The position numbers and the translations under genes were made by a program. A stretch of 64,000 nucleotides of DNA from an uncultured Pseudomonadota bacterium (GTDB lineage Bacteria > Pseudomonadota > Alphaproteobacteria > RF32 > CAG-239): assembly GCA_949297185.1 (NCBI GenBank), contig CASFRM010000004.1, positions 8,866-72,865 on the forward strand, given 5' to 3'. Below are positions 32,475-42,140 of this stretch, piece by piece (within the stretch, counting starts at the first letter, position 1; every line of letters begins with the position of its first letter). The notes under the pieces were generated by a model. That model ran no database searches, was not told the origin of the DNA, and saw only the letters and a program-made list of their open reading frames with translations.

Positions 32475-32942
32475 ATGCAAGCAAACAACATACAAGAATT
32501 CAAGCAACTTTTGCCCAAAGGAAAATCAATCCTTGGTTTTGATTTCGGTATAAAAAGATTGGGAGTAGCCGTGTCGGATTTATTGTTAATGACGGCTAAT
32601 CCGGTAAAAATAATCAATCGAACATCTTTTGCCAAAGATTTAAACGAAATCAAATCCATAATTACCGACCGTGAAGTCGGAGCTTTAGTTTATGGTTTGC
32701 CCTTACAAATGGATGGTTCCGAAGGCGACACCGCCAAAATCACCAAAGACTTCGCCGAGCAAATCGATAAAGAGCTCAATTTGCCGTTTTTGCTATGGGA
32801 TGAAAGATTATCTTCACGTGCGGTAGAAAGTTTTCTGATAAAAGAAATTGATATGTCTCGAGCCAAAAGAAAACAGGTTTTGGATGCTCAGGCTGCCTCT
32901 TATATATTGCAAGGAGTCTTGGATTCCTTAAGATATTTATAG
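32475..32942 (+). CDS. ruvX: Holliday-junction-resolvase-like pre-16S rRNA nuclease (YqgF)
   Basis: ILGFDFGIKRLGVAVSD..., GLPLQMDGSEG, DERLSS. Confidence 0.85.
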   Translation: MQANNIQEFKQLLPKGKSILGFDFGIKRLGVAVSDLLLMTANPVKIINRTSFAKDLNEIKSIITDREVGALVYGLPLQMDGSEGDTAKITKDFAEQIDKELNLPFLLWDERLSSRAVESFLIKEIDMSRAKRKQVLDAQAASYILQGVLDSLRYL

Positions 32943-33631
32943 TACACAGCCTTTAATGTAGTTAAAAATTCCTCATCTTCCGCAAAAACAAAATTTTCCG
33001 GTATCGGATTCACAATAAGCTTATTGATATCGCTTTCGCTTATAACCTTACTTGGCAAAAACCTACGGCAAAACGCACAAGCCGCTGCAACAATGTCTGA
33101 GATGTCATAGCCGATACCGGCAAGCAACACATCGGCTCTGTTTTCTTTAACTTTTGCCGCATCATTGACATCAAACCACCAACCGATATTATTCTCGGCT
33201 AAAGTTTTCCAAAAAAACGCTTTTCCTGGGTCTGGCTTTCTTTCAGGGGCAATATCGGAATGTCCGACGATATTTTCGGGCTTTATATCATATTTTTTAA
33301 TCAACGATTTCAACAATTCTATTGCCGATTTTTGCTGAGCCTCGCTAAAGCTTGTTTGTCCCAAAGATTTAGAACAAAATTCTATTCCGACGGAACGTGA
33401 ATTAATATCTTCAAAGCCTCGCCATTTTGATTTTCCGGCATGCCAAGCTCTTTTGCTTTCATCAACCAACTGCCAAATTTCGCCGTCTTCCGCTATAATA
33501 TAATGAGAAGATACCCCATGCTCAATAAAAATTTTAATTGCTTCTTCCGGATTAAATGCCACGCTGTGTAATACCAACATACTAATGTCGGCTTTTCGTT
33601 CATCAAAGAAAGTAAGCAGGCTTTGCCTCAT
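32900..33631 (-). CDS. N-acetylmuramoyl-L-alanine amidase (Amidase_2, AmpD-like)
   Basis: HY.I..DG......E..RAWHAG.S.WRG, NSRSVGIEF, GHSDIAPERKPDPG. Confidence 0.8.
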   Translation of the reverse strand: MRQSLLTFFDERKADISMLVLHSVAFNPEEAIKIFIEHGVSSHYIIAEDGEIWQLVDESKRAWHAGKSKWRGFEDINSRSVGIEFCSKSLGQTSFSEAQQKSAIELLKSLIKKYDIKPENIVGHSDIAPERKPDPGKAFFWKTLAENNIGWWFDVNDAAKVKENRADVLLAGIGYDISDIVAAACAFCRRFLPSKVISESDINKLIVNPIPENFVFAEDEEFLTTLKAVYYKYLKESKTPCNI

Positions 33632-34788
33632 TTTGCACCTTTTGCCTTAATAATTTCCTGATAAGCCAAGTTAATCTCGGTCATTCTGGCTGTAGCTTCG
33701 GCAATCTCTTTTTCCGAGGCATCAACCAATTTATCGGGATGATATATCACAATCAGTTTTTTCCACTTAGCTTTAATCTCTTTAACATCGGCATTAAGCG
33801 GCAAACCCAAAACATCATAACACTTCTCCAATTTTTTGCTAATTGGTTTTGGAGCAAACATTTTTTGCTGTTTGGCAAAAATCTTCTCATCCAAGCTAAT
33901 AGTTGCCGCTATTTCACGCAGCATATCCATCTTATTAGAAGAAATCACACCCTCAGCCGCCGCCATTTTAAATAGATTTTCCATTGAAGACTGTTTCAGG
34001 CTGTCATTAAATCTGGTAAGCTCTTCCAAATTAAGAGCATATTTACTCAAAGAACAAAGATGTTTACGCGGAGTATTAAAAACATCTGCCACCCAAGACT
34101 TTTGCTTATCTTTAACCGCAAACAAATGAGCGAATATTTCTTGTTCTTTTATTGATATTTTACCATCGGATTCTGCTAATATAGCTGCCAAAGCGGCCAT
34201 AGTTTCCAAATATTTTTTATGTTCTCCGCCCAAAGCATTACGCCACAATTTAAGCGGATTAATATTTTGCCAATACTTTTGCAAAGCAGCTATCGGTATA
34301 AGCTTAGCACCTTCAAGCCTTTGATAATCAAACACAAAGCCCAATATCACGCCACCGCATATTATCAGCGAACTCCGCAACAAAAAACCAACGATAAAAC
34401 CAAATATTGCTCCCCAATGATTATCAAAAAAATGGTCTACATCTTTTTTCATTTTACGAATTTTCAGATTTTCGGGCATATCAAAAACAACTTGTCCGAC
34501 AATAAAGAGCAATATAAAACCCCACAGACCAAACAGCAAAGCTCCCAACACTGAGCCCCATATTTTCCCCCACACATTACCGTCAATTCGATTATAATAA
34601 CGATAATACTTATACGGCAGCTTGATTCTTATTTGATCATCAATATGATTTATAAAAGCCTCTATTTTTCTGATAAGATATGTTTTATCGACCAGCATAT
34701 GTCCCAAGAACAATCCGCAAAGCAGCCCGTCAATTCCTAAAAATCGTAATCCGATTAAGGCAAAAGTCAGTTTTCCCAAAGGTGACAT
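33628..34788 (-). CDS. Membrane J-domain co-chaperone, DjlA-like
   Basis: Several N-terminal TM helices, a TerB-like middle region (AAILAESDGKISIKEQEIFAHLF) and a C-terminal J domain with HPD (CYDVLGLPLNADVKEIKAKWKKLIVIYHPDK). Confidence 0.7.
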   Translation of the reverse strand: MSPLGKLTFALIGLRFLGIDGLLCGLFLGHMLVDKTYLIRKIEAFINHIDDQIRIKLPYKYYRYYNRIDGNVWGKIWGSVLGALLFGLWGFILLFIVGQVVFDMPENLKIRKMKKDVDHFFDNHWGAIFGFIVGFLLRSSLIICGGVILGFVFDYQRLEGAKLIPIAALQKYWQNINPLKLWRNALGGEHKKYLETMAALAAILAESDGKISIKEQEIFAHLFAVKDKQKSWVADVFNTPRKHLCSLSKYALNLEELTRFNDSLKQSSMENLFKMAAAEGVISSNKMDMLREIAATISLDEKIFAKQQKMFAPKPISKKLEKCYDVLGLPLNADVKEIKAKWKKLIVIYHPDKLVDASEKEIAEATARMTEINLAYQEIIKAKGAK

Positions 34789-34803
34789 TAATCAAAAGTC
34801 CTT

Positions 34804-35571
34804 TCACAAAGTAATCATTGATATTTCGGTAGCAAAGCATTTGGGCTTTTGCACAATTCCGAGGTGAGTAAAGCGTCGAAAACTAAAATAATCATTTTCA
34901 AGCTCATAAGTATCGGCCGCAGAAACTGCAATATCTTTTATTCCGCACTCTTTCAGACGCTCTTCACAAAACTTTTTCAAATCAAACAAATAATGCTCTT
35001 CCCGTTCTGCCGCTACAAAATATTTGATAAATTCCGGATTCTTTTGTTCAAACTGTTCATAGAATCCTTTATCAACCTCATAAGATTTCTGAGCAATACA
35101 AGGCCCGACGGCAGCCCTTATATTTTCAAGCCTGGCTCCCTTTTCTATCATTAAGGCAATCACATTTTCTATAATTCCCTTAAAAGCTCCCCGCCAACCG
35201 GCATGAGCAGCCCCTATCACATTATGCCCTCTGTCCTCAAGCAATATCGGAGCACAATCGGCCGTACGAATGCACAAAATTATACCTTTTTTATCACAAA
35301 CCAATCCGTCGGCAAAAATTTCATCACGCGAGGGAGCTTCAACATATACGGCCACATCGCTCACTCCTTGATTAAGCAAAACCATATTTTCTTTGCTTAA
35401 GCCCAATTTTCCTGCTGCAATATCCAGATTAGCGTTAAGACTTGCAATCTCATCGTCGCTTTTGGTATTAACATTAAGTTCGGCGTAAATACCTTTCGAA
35501 ACACCGCCCTTAGCCCCTAAAAAACAATGCTTTTCCTTATTAAGATTGGGAGCAATCCACATATCATTCAT
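34804..35571 (-). CDS. pgeF: Peptidoglycan editing factor PgeF (YfiH, laccase-domain protein)
   Basis: GGVSKGIYAELNV, ADCAPILL, HAGWRG. Internal start at MNDMWIAPNL is preferred and overlaps the deoB stop by 8 nt. Confidence 0.8.
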   Translation of the reverse strand: MNDMWIAPNLNKEKHCFLGAKGGVSKGIYAELNVNTKSDDEIASLNANLDIAAGKLGLSKENMVLLNQGVSDVAVYVEAPSRDEIFADGLVCDKKGIILCIRTADCAPILLEDRGHNVIGAAHAGWRGAFKGIIENVIALMIEKGARLENIRAAVGPCIAQKSYEVDKGFYEQFEQKNPEFIKYFVAAEREEHYLFDLKKFCEERLKECGIKDIAVSAADTYELENDYFSFRRFTHLGIVQKPKCFATEISMITL

Positions 35572-36757
35572 CCTTAAACGATTTACCGTTTTTAAGCTCC
35601 AGCCCCAAAATTTCGGCAGCCGTCTGCCCAACATCGGCAAAACTTTCTCTTTGTCCGATATTCTCCGGCCTTACTCTCATTCCAAACATCAATACCGGTA
35701 TTTGCTCTCTGGTATGGTCCGTACCCTTAAATGTCGGGTCATTTCCATGGTCAGCCACGATAAAAGCTACATCATCGGGAGCCATGTTTTTAACAAATTC
35801 AGGCAATCTCCTATCAAAATATTCCAAAGCATTTTTATAGCCCTCAACATCACGACGGTGACCATAAAGCATATCAAAATCAACAAAGTTTGTAAAAATC
35901 AAGCTGTTATCCGGTGCATCTTTCAAAGCTATAATGGTTTTATCCCACAACTCTTCCAATCCGGAAGCCAATACTTTTTGCGTTACGCCGCAACCTGCAT
36001 AAATATCACTTATTTTACCGATAGCAATTACTTCTTTGCCGCTGTTTTTCACCACATCAAGCAAAGTCGGCTCCGGCGGTGTAACCGAATAATCATGACG
36101 ATTTTTGGTTCTTACAAACTCACCGCTTTTTTCGCCTTCAAACGGACGAGCAATCACCCTTGCAATATTATATGGCTTTAACTCCTCAAAAGCTATTTGG
36201 CACAAGTCATAAAGCTTTTGCAATCCGAAATATTTTTCATGGGCGGCAATCTGAAAACAGCTGTCTGCCGAAGTATAACAAATCGGCATACCGGTTTTAA
36301 TGTGTTCTTCGCCCAATTCTTGAATAATGACGGTTCCGGATGCGGCTTTGTTACCCAATATACCTTTTAATCCGGCTCTGTCACAGATTCTATCAATTAA
36401 TTCTTGCGGAAACGACGGATATTCAGGCTTAAAATAGCCCCATGGGTTTACGACCGGCACTCCTGCCAACTCCCAATGCCCCGAAGAGGTATCTTTGGCA
36501 CAACTCACTTCACGACAATGACCGTATTTAGACGGCACATTAATTTTGGCATCCCAGTCATCAAGCTTTCTTTTATTTCCGGAAGCCGCATTTGCCGCTT
36601 TCAACAAACCGAGACTGACAAGATTAGGAATTTTGATATCAGGAAATGTATCCACTATATGCCCAAAGGTATCTGCACCCAAATCTCCGAACTTTTCAGC
36701 ATCGGGAGCTCCCCCGATTCCAAATGAATCCATCACCAAGATAATAACTCTGGACAT
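35564..36757 (-). CDS. deoB: Phosphopentomutase
   Basis: MSRVIILVMDSFGIGGAPDA..., ADHGNDPT..TDHTRE. Confidence 0.95.
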   Translation of the reverse strand: MSRVIILVMDSFGIGGAPDAEKFGDLGADTFGHIVDTFPDIKIPNLVSLGLLKAANAASGNKRKLDDWDAKINVPSKYGHCREVSCAKDTSSGHWELAGVPVVNPWGYFKPEYPSFPQELIDRICDRAGLKGILGNKAASGTVIIQELGEEHIKTGMPICYTSADSCFQIAAHEKYFGLQKLYDLCQIAFEELKPYNIARVIARPFEGEKSGEFVRTKNRHDYSVTPPEPTLLDVVKNSGKEVIAIGKISDIYAGCGVTQKVLASGLEELWDKTIIALKDAPDNSLIFTNFVDFDMLYGHRRDVEGYKNALEYFDRRLPEFVKNMAPDDVAFIVADHGNDPTFKGTDHTREQIPVLMFGMRVRPENIGQRESFADVGQTAAEILGLELKNGKSFKDE

Positions 36758-36767
36758 ATATATCTCC

Positions 36768-38192
36768 TCATTTTACATAAACCGTGTGCAGCATATTGGT
36801 CCTGCCCTTAACATTAAGCGGAAAACCGGCGGTAATTATGATATGATCGCCCGATTTAGTCAATCCGGCAGCCTTAGCATACTTAACCGCACATTCCTCA
36901 ACATTGGTAAACTTACGAAAACTTTCTTTATTAACCTTCGGCTTAACCCCCCATACTAAAGCCATTTGTCTTGCGACCTTAATATCGGGTGACAGCGCCA
37001 AAATTGGCAACGACGGACGCTCTCTGGCGGTTAAGAAAGTTGTAAAACCAGATGACGAATAACTAACTATTGCGCTCACATTTTTCAATACGCATGCCAA
37101 TTCCGAAGCCGCAAATGTTATAGCATCAGCCTCAGAAGCATTACAAGGAACTCTCCTTGAACCGTTCATTAATTCAAAGAACAAAGGATCCCCTTCTACT
37201 TCTTTAATGGTATTATGCATCATTTGCACGGCATTTACCGGATATTTTCCGGCAGCAGTTTCGGCCGAAAGCATAACCGCATCAGCTCCGTCATAAACCG
37301 CTGTTGCCACATCCGAAACCTCGGCTCTGGTAGGGGTTGGATTATTAATCATAGATTCGAGCATCTGGGTTGCAACAATAACCGGTTTTGCATGCAAGCG
37401 GCAAAGTTTAACAATCTTCTTTTGCAACACCGGAACGGTGGGCAACGGGCACTCAACGCCCAAATCCCCTCTGGCCACCATTATGCCGTCAGATTCCAAA
37501 ACAATATTTTCCAGATCTTCAATAGCACTGGGCTTTTCAAGCTTAGATATAATGCGAGCCTTACCGTCGACCAATTTTCTAAGTCTTCTGACATCATCGG
37601 CTTTTTGCACAAAAGACATACCGATCCAATCAACATCATTTTTCAATGCAAACTTGAGGTCTTCTTCGTCTTTTGGGGTAATTGCCGATATATTAAGCTT
37701 GGTATTAGGAAGATTAACCCCCTTATGACTTGATATGTATCCCCCGACCACGACGGTTGTTTCTGCCGAAGTTTTAGAACATTTATTAACTTTCAATACA
37801 ATATAACCGTCATTTACCAACAAGGTTTCACCGGCTTTTAACGCTTCAAAAATTTCCTTATGCGGCAAACAAACTCTGTTTTCATCACCCAAGGCCGGAT
37901 TCATATCCAAAACAAATTTCTGGCCCTCTTTCAACAAAACTTTATCTTGCTTAAAATTGCCCACACGAAGTTTTGGCCCTTGCAAATCTGCCAAAATAGA
38001 AATCAATCGTCCTTTTTCTTTTTCCAAAGAGCGAATAATCTTGATTCGTTCCTTATGTTCTTTGTAAGAACCATGACTGAAGTTAACTCTGAAAGCATCG
38101 ACACCTGCGTCAATCAATGCGGCGATCTGTTCTTTTGTAGCCGAAGAAGGACCGATGGTAGCTAAGATTTTGGTATGAGTATCTATTGGCAT
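36768..38192 (-). CDS. pyk: Pyruvate kinase
   Basis: TKILATIGPSS, FRVNFSHG, IMVARGDLGVE, ATQMLESM. Start at MPIDTHTK is preferred over the upstream ATG at 38240. Confidence 0.95.
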   Translation of the reverse strand: MPIDTHTKILATIGPSSATKEQIAALIDAGVDAFRVNFSHGSYKEHKERIKIIRSLEKEKGRLISILADLQGPKLRVGNFKQDKVLLKEGQKFVLDMNPALGDENRVCLPHKEIFEALKAGETLLVNDGYIVLKVNKCSKTSAETTVVVGGYISSHKGVNLPNTKLNISAITPKDEEDLKFALKNDVDWIGMSFVQKADDVRRLRKLVDGKARIISKLEKPSAIEDLENIVLESDGIMVARGDLGVECPLPTVPVLQKKIVKLCRLHAKPVIVATQMLESMINNPTPTRAEVSDVATAVYDGADAVMLSAETAAGKYPVNAVQMMHNTIKEVEGDPLFFELMNGSRRVPCNASEADAITFAASELACVLKNVSAIVSYSSSGFTTFLTARERPSLPILALSPDIKVARQMALVWGVKPKVNKESFRKFTNVEECAVKYAKAAGLTKSGDHIIITAGFPLNVKGRTNMLHTVYVK

Positions 38193-38331
38193 ATTTATCA
38201 TCCTTATAAAAAACAACTTTGGTAAAGAATATAACTTCAATAAGTTAATAAGGTGTTATTTTTATACTTGTAAATAACAATTTAATTTGCTAATTTCTAG
38301 CAAAATATAAATTTATAACAGGAGAAAGACG

Positions 38332-38589
38332 ATGAGTGAAGAGGAGAAAACAGAGGTAGGCGGCATCGCAGCAGACCGCCTGCGTTCATTAATCGAACGC
38401 ATAGAAAGACTTGAAGAAGAAAAGAAAGCAATTTCTTCTGATATCCGTGATATTTTTGCCGAAGCCAAATCAGCAGGATTCGATGTTAAGATAATGCGTG
38501 CGGTAATAAAATTACGCAAGATGAATGCCGCCGACCGCGACGAACAAGAATTTTTGCTTGATACATACAAAAAAGCCTTGGATATATAG
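38332..38589 (+). CDS. gapR: GapR (DUF2312/UPF0335) nucleoid-associated protein
   Basis: LRSLIERIERLEEEKKAISSDIRDIFAEAKSAGFDVKIMRAVIKLRKM closely resembles Caulobacter GapR as I remember it (LKSIIDRVERLEVEK...VYAEAKGNGFDVKVLKKVV). Confidence 0.9.
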   Translation: MSEEEKTEVGGIAADRLRSLIERIERLEEEKKAISSDIRDIFAEAKSAGFDVKIMRAVIKLRKMNAADRDEQEFLLDTYKKALDI

Positions 38590-38605
38590 GATATATAAAT
38601 AACAC

Positions 38606-38641
38606 AAAAAAAATCCCACAGCAAAAACTGTGGGATTTTTT
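38606..38641. terminator. Bidirectional terminator shared by gapR (+) and L3 (-)
   Basis: ATCCCACAG-caaaaa-CTGTGGGAT (38613-38636) is flanked by A8 on the left and T6 on the right. Confidence 0.8.
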
Positions 38642-38648
38642 GCGCCCG

Positions 38649-39851
38649 CTAATCCTTCAAATTTAGTTTTCCTGAATAAATAAACATATAAGCTGCCATG
38701 TTTTTAGGCCTTAATTCATCTCCAACCGAGGTACCTGTAGCAGAAGATGTAGTACCTTCAGCAGAAGATGTCGTAATACTGTTCAAACAAAAAGATGAAT
38801 TTCCACCAGAGTATGTAAAACTAGAACTTCCCGTGCCGCAAGATTTCACTGAATTTGCCGGATACTGTGACGTTAACGAATGCTTGTGATCCGGAACCAC
38901 AGAACCTGAAACACTTAAAGTATCTCCCGTAGTTATCTTAAGAAATAATGCTTGTCCATTAGGAATGCTCGTTTTACTTTTATTTTTTAGGATTTTACCC
39001 AATTCAGAATTTTCATATCCACTGCCCGACAAAGCGCGTCCGTTACAGAGCACCCAACCATTGTGATCAACAGGTACCGATGCAAATTTTATTTCACCAG
39101 CTTTTGCCTCCATATCACACATAACCATATTTTCATTAAATGGACATCTTACAAATTCGCCCGGACAATTTTGCTCCTTATCTTTATATCCTAAACTATC
39201 ACAAGTTGGAGTAACACTTGGGGTACTGGCTTGTCCAGAGGTTTTAGTTGAAGTTACATAATTATAAATGCACCCCTTTACTGTCATACTTGCTAAACTA
39301 CCATCACCGGTACCTAAACTGGACGTAGACACAGACAACGCACTTTCACTAGCATTGACACACGGATAAACAGAACTTCCATAATTTGCGGGTGAAAGAT
39401 TATCCCACAAAAGCGCCGTAAACGGTCCCACTTCAACATCTCCACTATGAGAATGTTCAAGAACACCCGTTGCATCCTTAACCACCTTTGCTACATTTAT
39501 TCCTACACCGCATTTTCCACTTGCTTTATCTGCACTAATTTTTGCTATTCCAACAACATATGAATTATTTGCATCTTTATCGCCTCCGGTAGTGCCATAC
39601 CCTTGTACCTCACTCCAACCAGTTCCCTCACAGTTATCAACCGCAAATTTGAAATCACCTTTACTGCCTTCCTTATCACATTGTAAAAAAGTCTTATCAA
39701 ACGGACATGCAGTAAAATTGCCCGGGCATCCGGAATATATATATCCAAAATCCTTACACGAAACTTTAGGCATATCACCACATTCCAGCGCCGATGATTG
39801 CCACGGAAGAAGAACTGCCACACCTACAACCAATAAATATTTTTTCATCAT
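38649..39851 (-). CDS. L3: secreted two-unit Cys-module plus tail-collar-like protein, large form
   Basis: Signal peptide ..LLPWQSSA|LEC. Unit 1: CPGNFTACPFDKTFLQCD, DFKFA, EHSHS. Unit 2: CDSLGY..NCPGEFVRCPFNENMVMCDMEAKAGEIKFA..GWVLCNG..DHKHS..RPKNMAAYMFIYSGKL. Lies 15 nt after S3 with a GGAGG RBS. Confidence 0.85.
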   Translation of the reverse strand: MMKKYLLVVGVAVLLPWQSSALECGDMPKVSCKDFGYIYSGCPGNFTACPFDKTFLQCDKEGSKGDFKFAVDNCEGTGWSEVQGYGTTGGDKDANNSYVVGIAKISADKASGKCGVGINVAKVVKDATGVLEHSHSGDVEVGPFTALLWDNLSPANYGSSVYPCVNASESALSVSTSSLGTGDGSLASMTVKGCIYNYVTSTKTSGQASTPSVTPTCDSLGYKDKEQNCPGEFVRCPFNENMVMCDMEAKAGEIKFASVPVDHNGWVLCNGRALSGSGYENSELGKILKNKSKTSIPNGQALFLKITTGDTLSVSGSVVPDHKHSLTSQYPANSVKSCGTGSSSFTYSGGNSSFCLNSITTSSAEGTTSSATGTSVGDELRPKNMAAYMFIYSGKLNLKD

Positions 39852-39866
39852 TTTCTCCTCCTTGTT

Positions 39867-40766
39867 TTACTTTTTAGCCGGAGTTCCGGCGTAAATATAA
39901 GGATACAAACCTATTCTATACGGACAATAATCTGACGCTGAGCCGTCAACAGCACCAACCTTATATGTAGTTCTCGCTGTTGTTGATTTTACACCACTAG
40001 TATACCAGCTACCACCTCCTGGTGTATAACTAAAAGTTGAACACTTATATGTTTTAAGTCCAACTTTGTGAGTATGTGCAGGTATAGCCTGCTCTTGAAT
40101 ATTGGTTAATGCAGCTGATCTATATGTAACACTCCCGATTTTTTGCTCACCAAAACCTCGCAAAAACACTCCGATTAAATTAGGAACATGACACTCATCG
40201 CCTGTATTCCGTCCCCTATAACAGGTAGCTAAAGAAGCCTCTTTTAACTCTGGATATTTTTCATGATCAAATATGCTCCCATCACACAATAACCATCCCT
40301 TTTCAGCACTTCCAGAAGTGCTATATTTTATATCCCCGGCTCTTGCAACACGATCGCATTTAATATAATTTGCATCAAAAGGACAAGTAAAGTACATATC
40401 ATAACATTTCCAAGAATTTTCTTTAGTCATATTATAGCCCAAATCACTGCAGCTAATATCCGCTATTTCTGTATTAGTACCCGTGACTTGTGTACTTGTC
40501 TGACCATTAAAATTGCCCAATTCCAAATCTACATCAACCACCCGCTCAAAGTCTCCTCCGGTTGAACCGGTTCCTATCCCCGTTCCAACAGTCCACTTAC
40601 CATCATCTTTTCCCCAATCTGCATCACCTAATTCCGTACTTGGTCTGTTTATGTCCTCACCGATATTAGAAATTGCATATGCCTCATCGGCCACGATTGT
40701 TTTTCCTAAAAAACAAACCCAGCCCAGCAAGATAACATTTATTATACCTTTCGAATATCTGAGCAT
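39867..40766 (-). CDS. S3: secreted Cys-module plus tail-collar-like protein, small form with an extra N-terminal G/T/D-rich segment
   Basis: Signal peptide ..TIVADEAYA. About 70 extra residues (GDADWGKDDGKWTVGTGIGTGSTGG...), then CSDLGYNMTKENSWKCYDMYFTCPFDANYIKCD, GDIKYS..GWLLCDG..VPNLIGVFLRGFG..AHTHK..CPYRIGLYPYIYAG. Confidence 0.85.
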   Translation of the reverse strand: MLRYSKGIINVILLGWVCFLGKTIVADEAYAISNIGEDINRPSTELGDADWGKDDGKWTVGTGIGTGSTGGDFERVVDVDLELGNFNGQTSTQVTGTNTEIADISCSDLGYNMTKENSWKCYDMYFTCPFDANYIKCDRVARAGDIKYSTSGSAEKGWLLCDGSIFDHEKYPELKEASLATCYRGRNTGDECHVPNLIGVFLRGFGEQKIGSVTYRSAALTNIQEQAIPAHTHKVGLKTYKCSTFSYTPGGGSWYTSGVKSTTARTTYKVGAVDGSASDYCPYRIGLYPYIYAGTPAKK

Positions 40767-40827
40767 AATAAAATCTCCTTATTTAGTGAAATTCAAAACC
40801 TTATACTAACACTCTAAAATAAATTAG

Positions 40828-40843
40828 TTAAAAAAAAGATAAC
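40828..40843 (-). promoter_or_regulatory. S-gene upstream motif, S3 copy
   Basis: Coding-strand GTTATCTTTTTTTTAA lies 61 nt upstream of the S3 ATG and is identical over 16 nt to the S4 copy. Confidence 0.4.
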
Positions 40844-40935
40844 TAAAGATTCTTCCGCGCCCAAAGCCTTTCCATACTAATATCATACTACTTTTTCGAT
40901 ATTTTTTATGTTACACTTTTATTAATTTACATAAC

Positions 40936-40974
40936 GACAAAGGCAGAAAGTCTTTCCGAATTTCTGCCTTTGTC
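40936..40974 (-). terminator. Strong hairpin after L4 (putative terminator between the two pairs of locus B)
   Basis: Perfect 14-bp inverted repeat GACAAAGGCAGAAA-(11 nt)-TTTCTGCCTTTGTC, starting 7 nt after the L4 stop. No clear U-tract follows on the minus strand. Confidence 0.5.
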
Positions 40975-40980
40975 ATATTT

Positions 40981-42129
40981 TTACAGTTTACCCGAGTAAA
41001 TATATATATAAGCCGAATAGTTTGGTGGACGAGTTTCTGTACCTGCATAAGCCGTTTCTTGCGAACCAGATGATGAAAGAGCCGTAGAAGTAACAGGATT
41101 ATAATAATTCTTCGAAGAACCATTATTTTGATTACAAGAACTTGTTGGCTGTCTTCCTACCACCTGAACACTATGACTGTGAGGAGCCAAATCATCAGAC
41201 TGCACAGCCGTATATGATGAAGCCGATGCATAAGAAAAATAACTACCCTTCATTCGCAAAAACATCGCAGAATAGTCCGGAAGATTGCTACCAAAGCCGT
41301 TATTACTTAATATTGTTTTCAACTCAGAATTTGCATATTTTCCGCTTAATATTGAAGACAAACTTCTGCCATCGCATTTTAACCAGCCATTATGATCAGA
41401 AGATTTAAGCGAAAACTTAATCTCTCCGGCTTTAGCTTCCATATCACACATTACTGCCGTGGTATCAAAAGGACATTTAACATACCCGCCCGGACAATCT
41501 GCAACTTTATCAACATATCCCATAGTGGCACAAGACGGCTTGGTTGATGGTAACGATTTTTGAAGTGTAGTTTTTATGGAATCCGTATAACTATAAAAAT
41601 ACCCATCAACAGCCTGATTTACCGGCCTTGTTTCCGCACTGCCGGCACTGGTCGATGTAACACCTTTACTATAAGTCATTACCCCGCAAAATCCGGAGTA
41701 ACGCGCGTTAGATGCGTTATTTCTCGAAAGAACAAAAGCACTTGCGCCAAAAACTGATGAAGCCCCATGAGTATGAGACTGCATTACCGGAGTTTTACTG
41801 GCATTGACAGTAGAAGAACATCTTATCGTACTTGATGAAGCCCCAACAATAAACGCCCCGCTATAATTTTTCGATGCCGAAGAAGTGTTGGCTTTGCTCC
41901 ACCCTGTTCCACCATTATTCAAAGAAAACTTAAAATCATTATTAAAAGCTTCTCTGTCACATTGCCTAAACGAAGTATCAAAAGGACAGGCCATATATCC
42001 TCCCGGACAAGAAGCATATTTGTACCCATAATACACACAATTAGGGACATCCTTAGAGCAAGTCAACGCCATCACCTGAAGCGGAAACAAAACCAAATAA
42101 GATAAAACCATCAATCCTTGTTTTTTCAT
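40981..42129 (-). CDS. L4: secreted two-unit Cys-module plus tail-collar-like protein, large form
   Basis: Signal peptide ..LFPLQVMA|LTC. Unit 1: CPGGYMACPFDTSFRQCD, DFKFS, SHTHG, ETRPVNQAVDGYFYSY. Unit 2: CATMGY..DCPGGYVKCPFDTTAVMCDMEAKAGEIKFS..GWLKCDG..LPDYSAMFLRMKG..PHSHS..RPPNYSAYIYIYSGKL. Lies 11 nt after S4 with a GGAGGGG RBS. Confidence 0.85.
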   Translation of the reverse strand: MKKQGLMVLSYLVLFPLQVMALTCSKDVPNCVYYGYKYASCPGGYMACPFDTSFRQCDREAFNNDFKFSLNNGGTGWSKANTSSASKNYSGAFIVGASSSTIRCSSTVNASKTPVMQSHTHGASSVFGASAFVLSRNNASNARYSGFCGVMTYSKGVTSTSAGSAETRPVNQAVDGYFYSYTDSIKTTLQKSLPSTKPSCATMGYVDKVADCPGGYVKCPFDTTAVMCDMEAKAGEIKFSLKSSDHNGWLKCDGRSLSSILSGKYANSELKTILSNNGFGSNLPDYSAMFLRMKGSYFSYASASSYTAVQSDDLAPHSHSVQVVGRQPTSSCNQNNGSSKNYYNPVTSTALSSSGSQETAYAGTETRPPNYSAYIYIYSGKL

Positions 42130-42140
42130 GTTATCCCCTC

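Noticed and set aside
32900-32942. 43-nt convergent 3' overlap of ruvX and the amidase gene as a possible regulatory or antisense feature
   Set aside because: Both C-termini are poorly conserved tails and no extra signal is visible. It is noted as a compact-genome feature but not reported as a finding.
35546-36181. 211-aa + strand ORF
   Set aside because: It lies antisense to deoB, which has unambiguous phosphopentomutase motifs.
38313-38624. 103-aa minus-strand ORF
   Set aside because: It lies antisense to gapR, which matches Caulobacter GapR closely.
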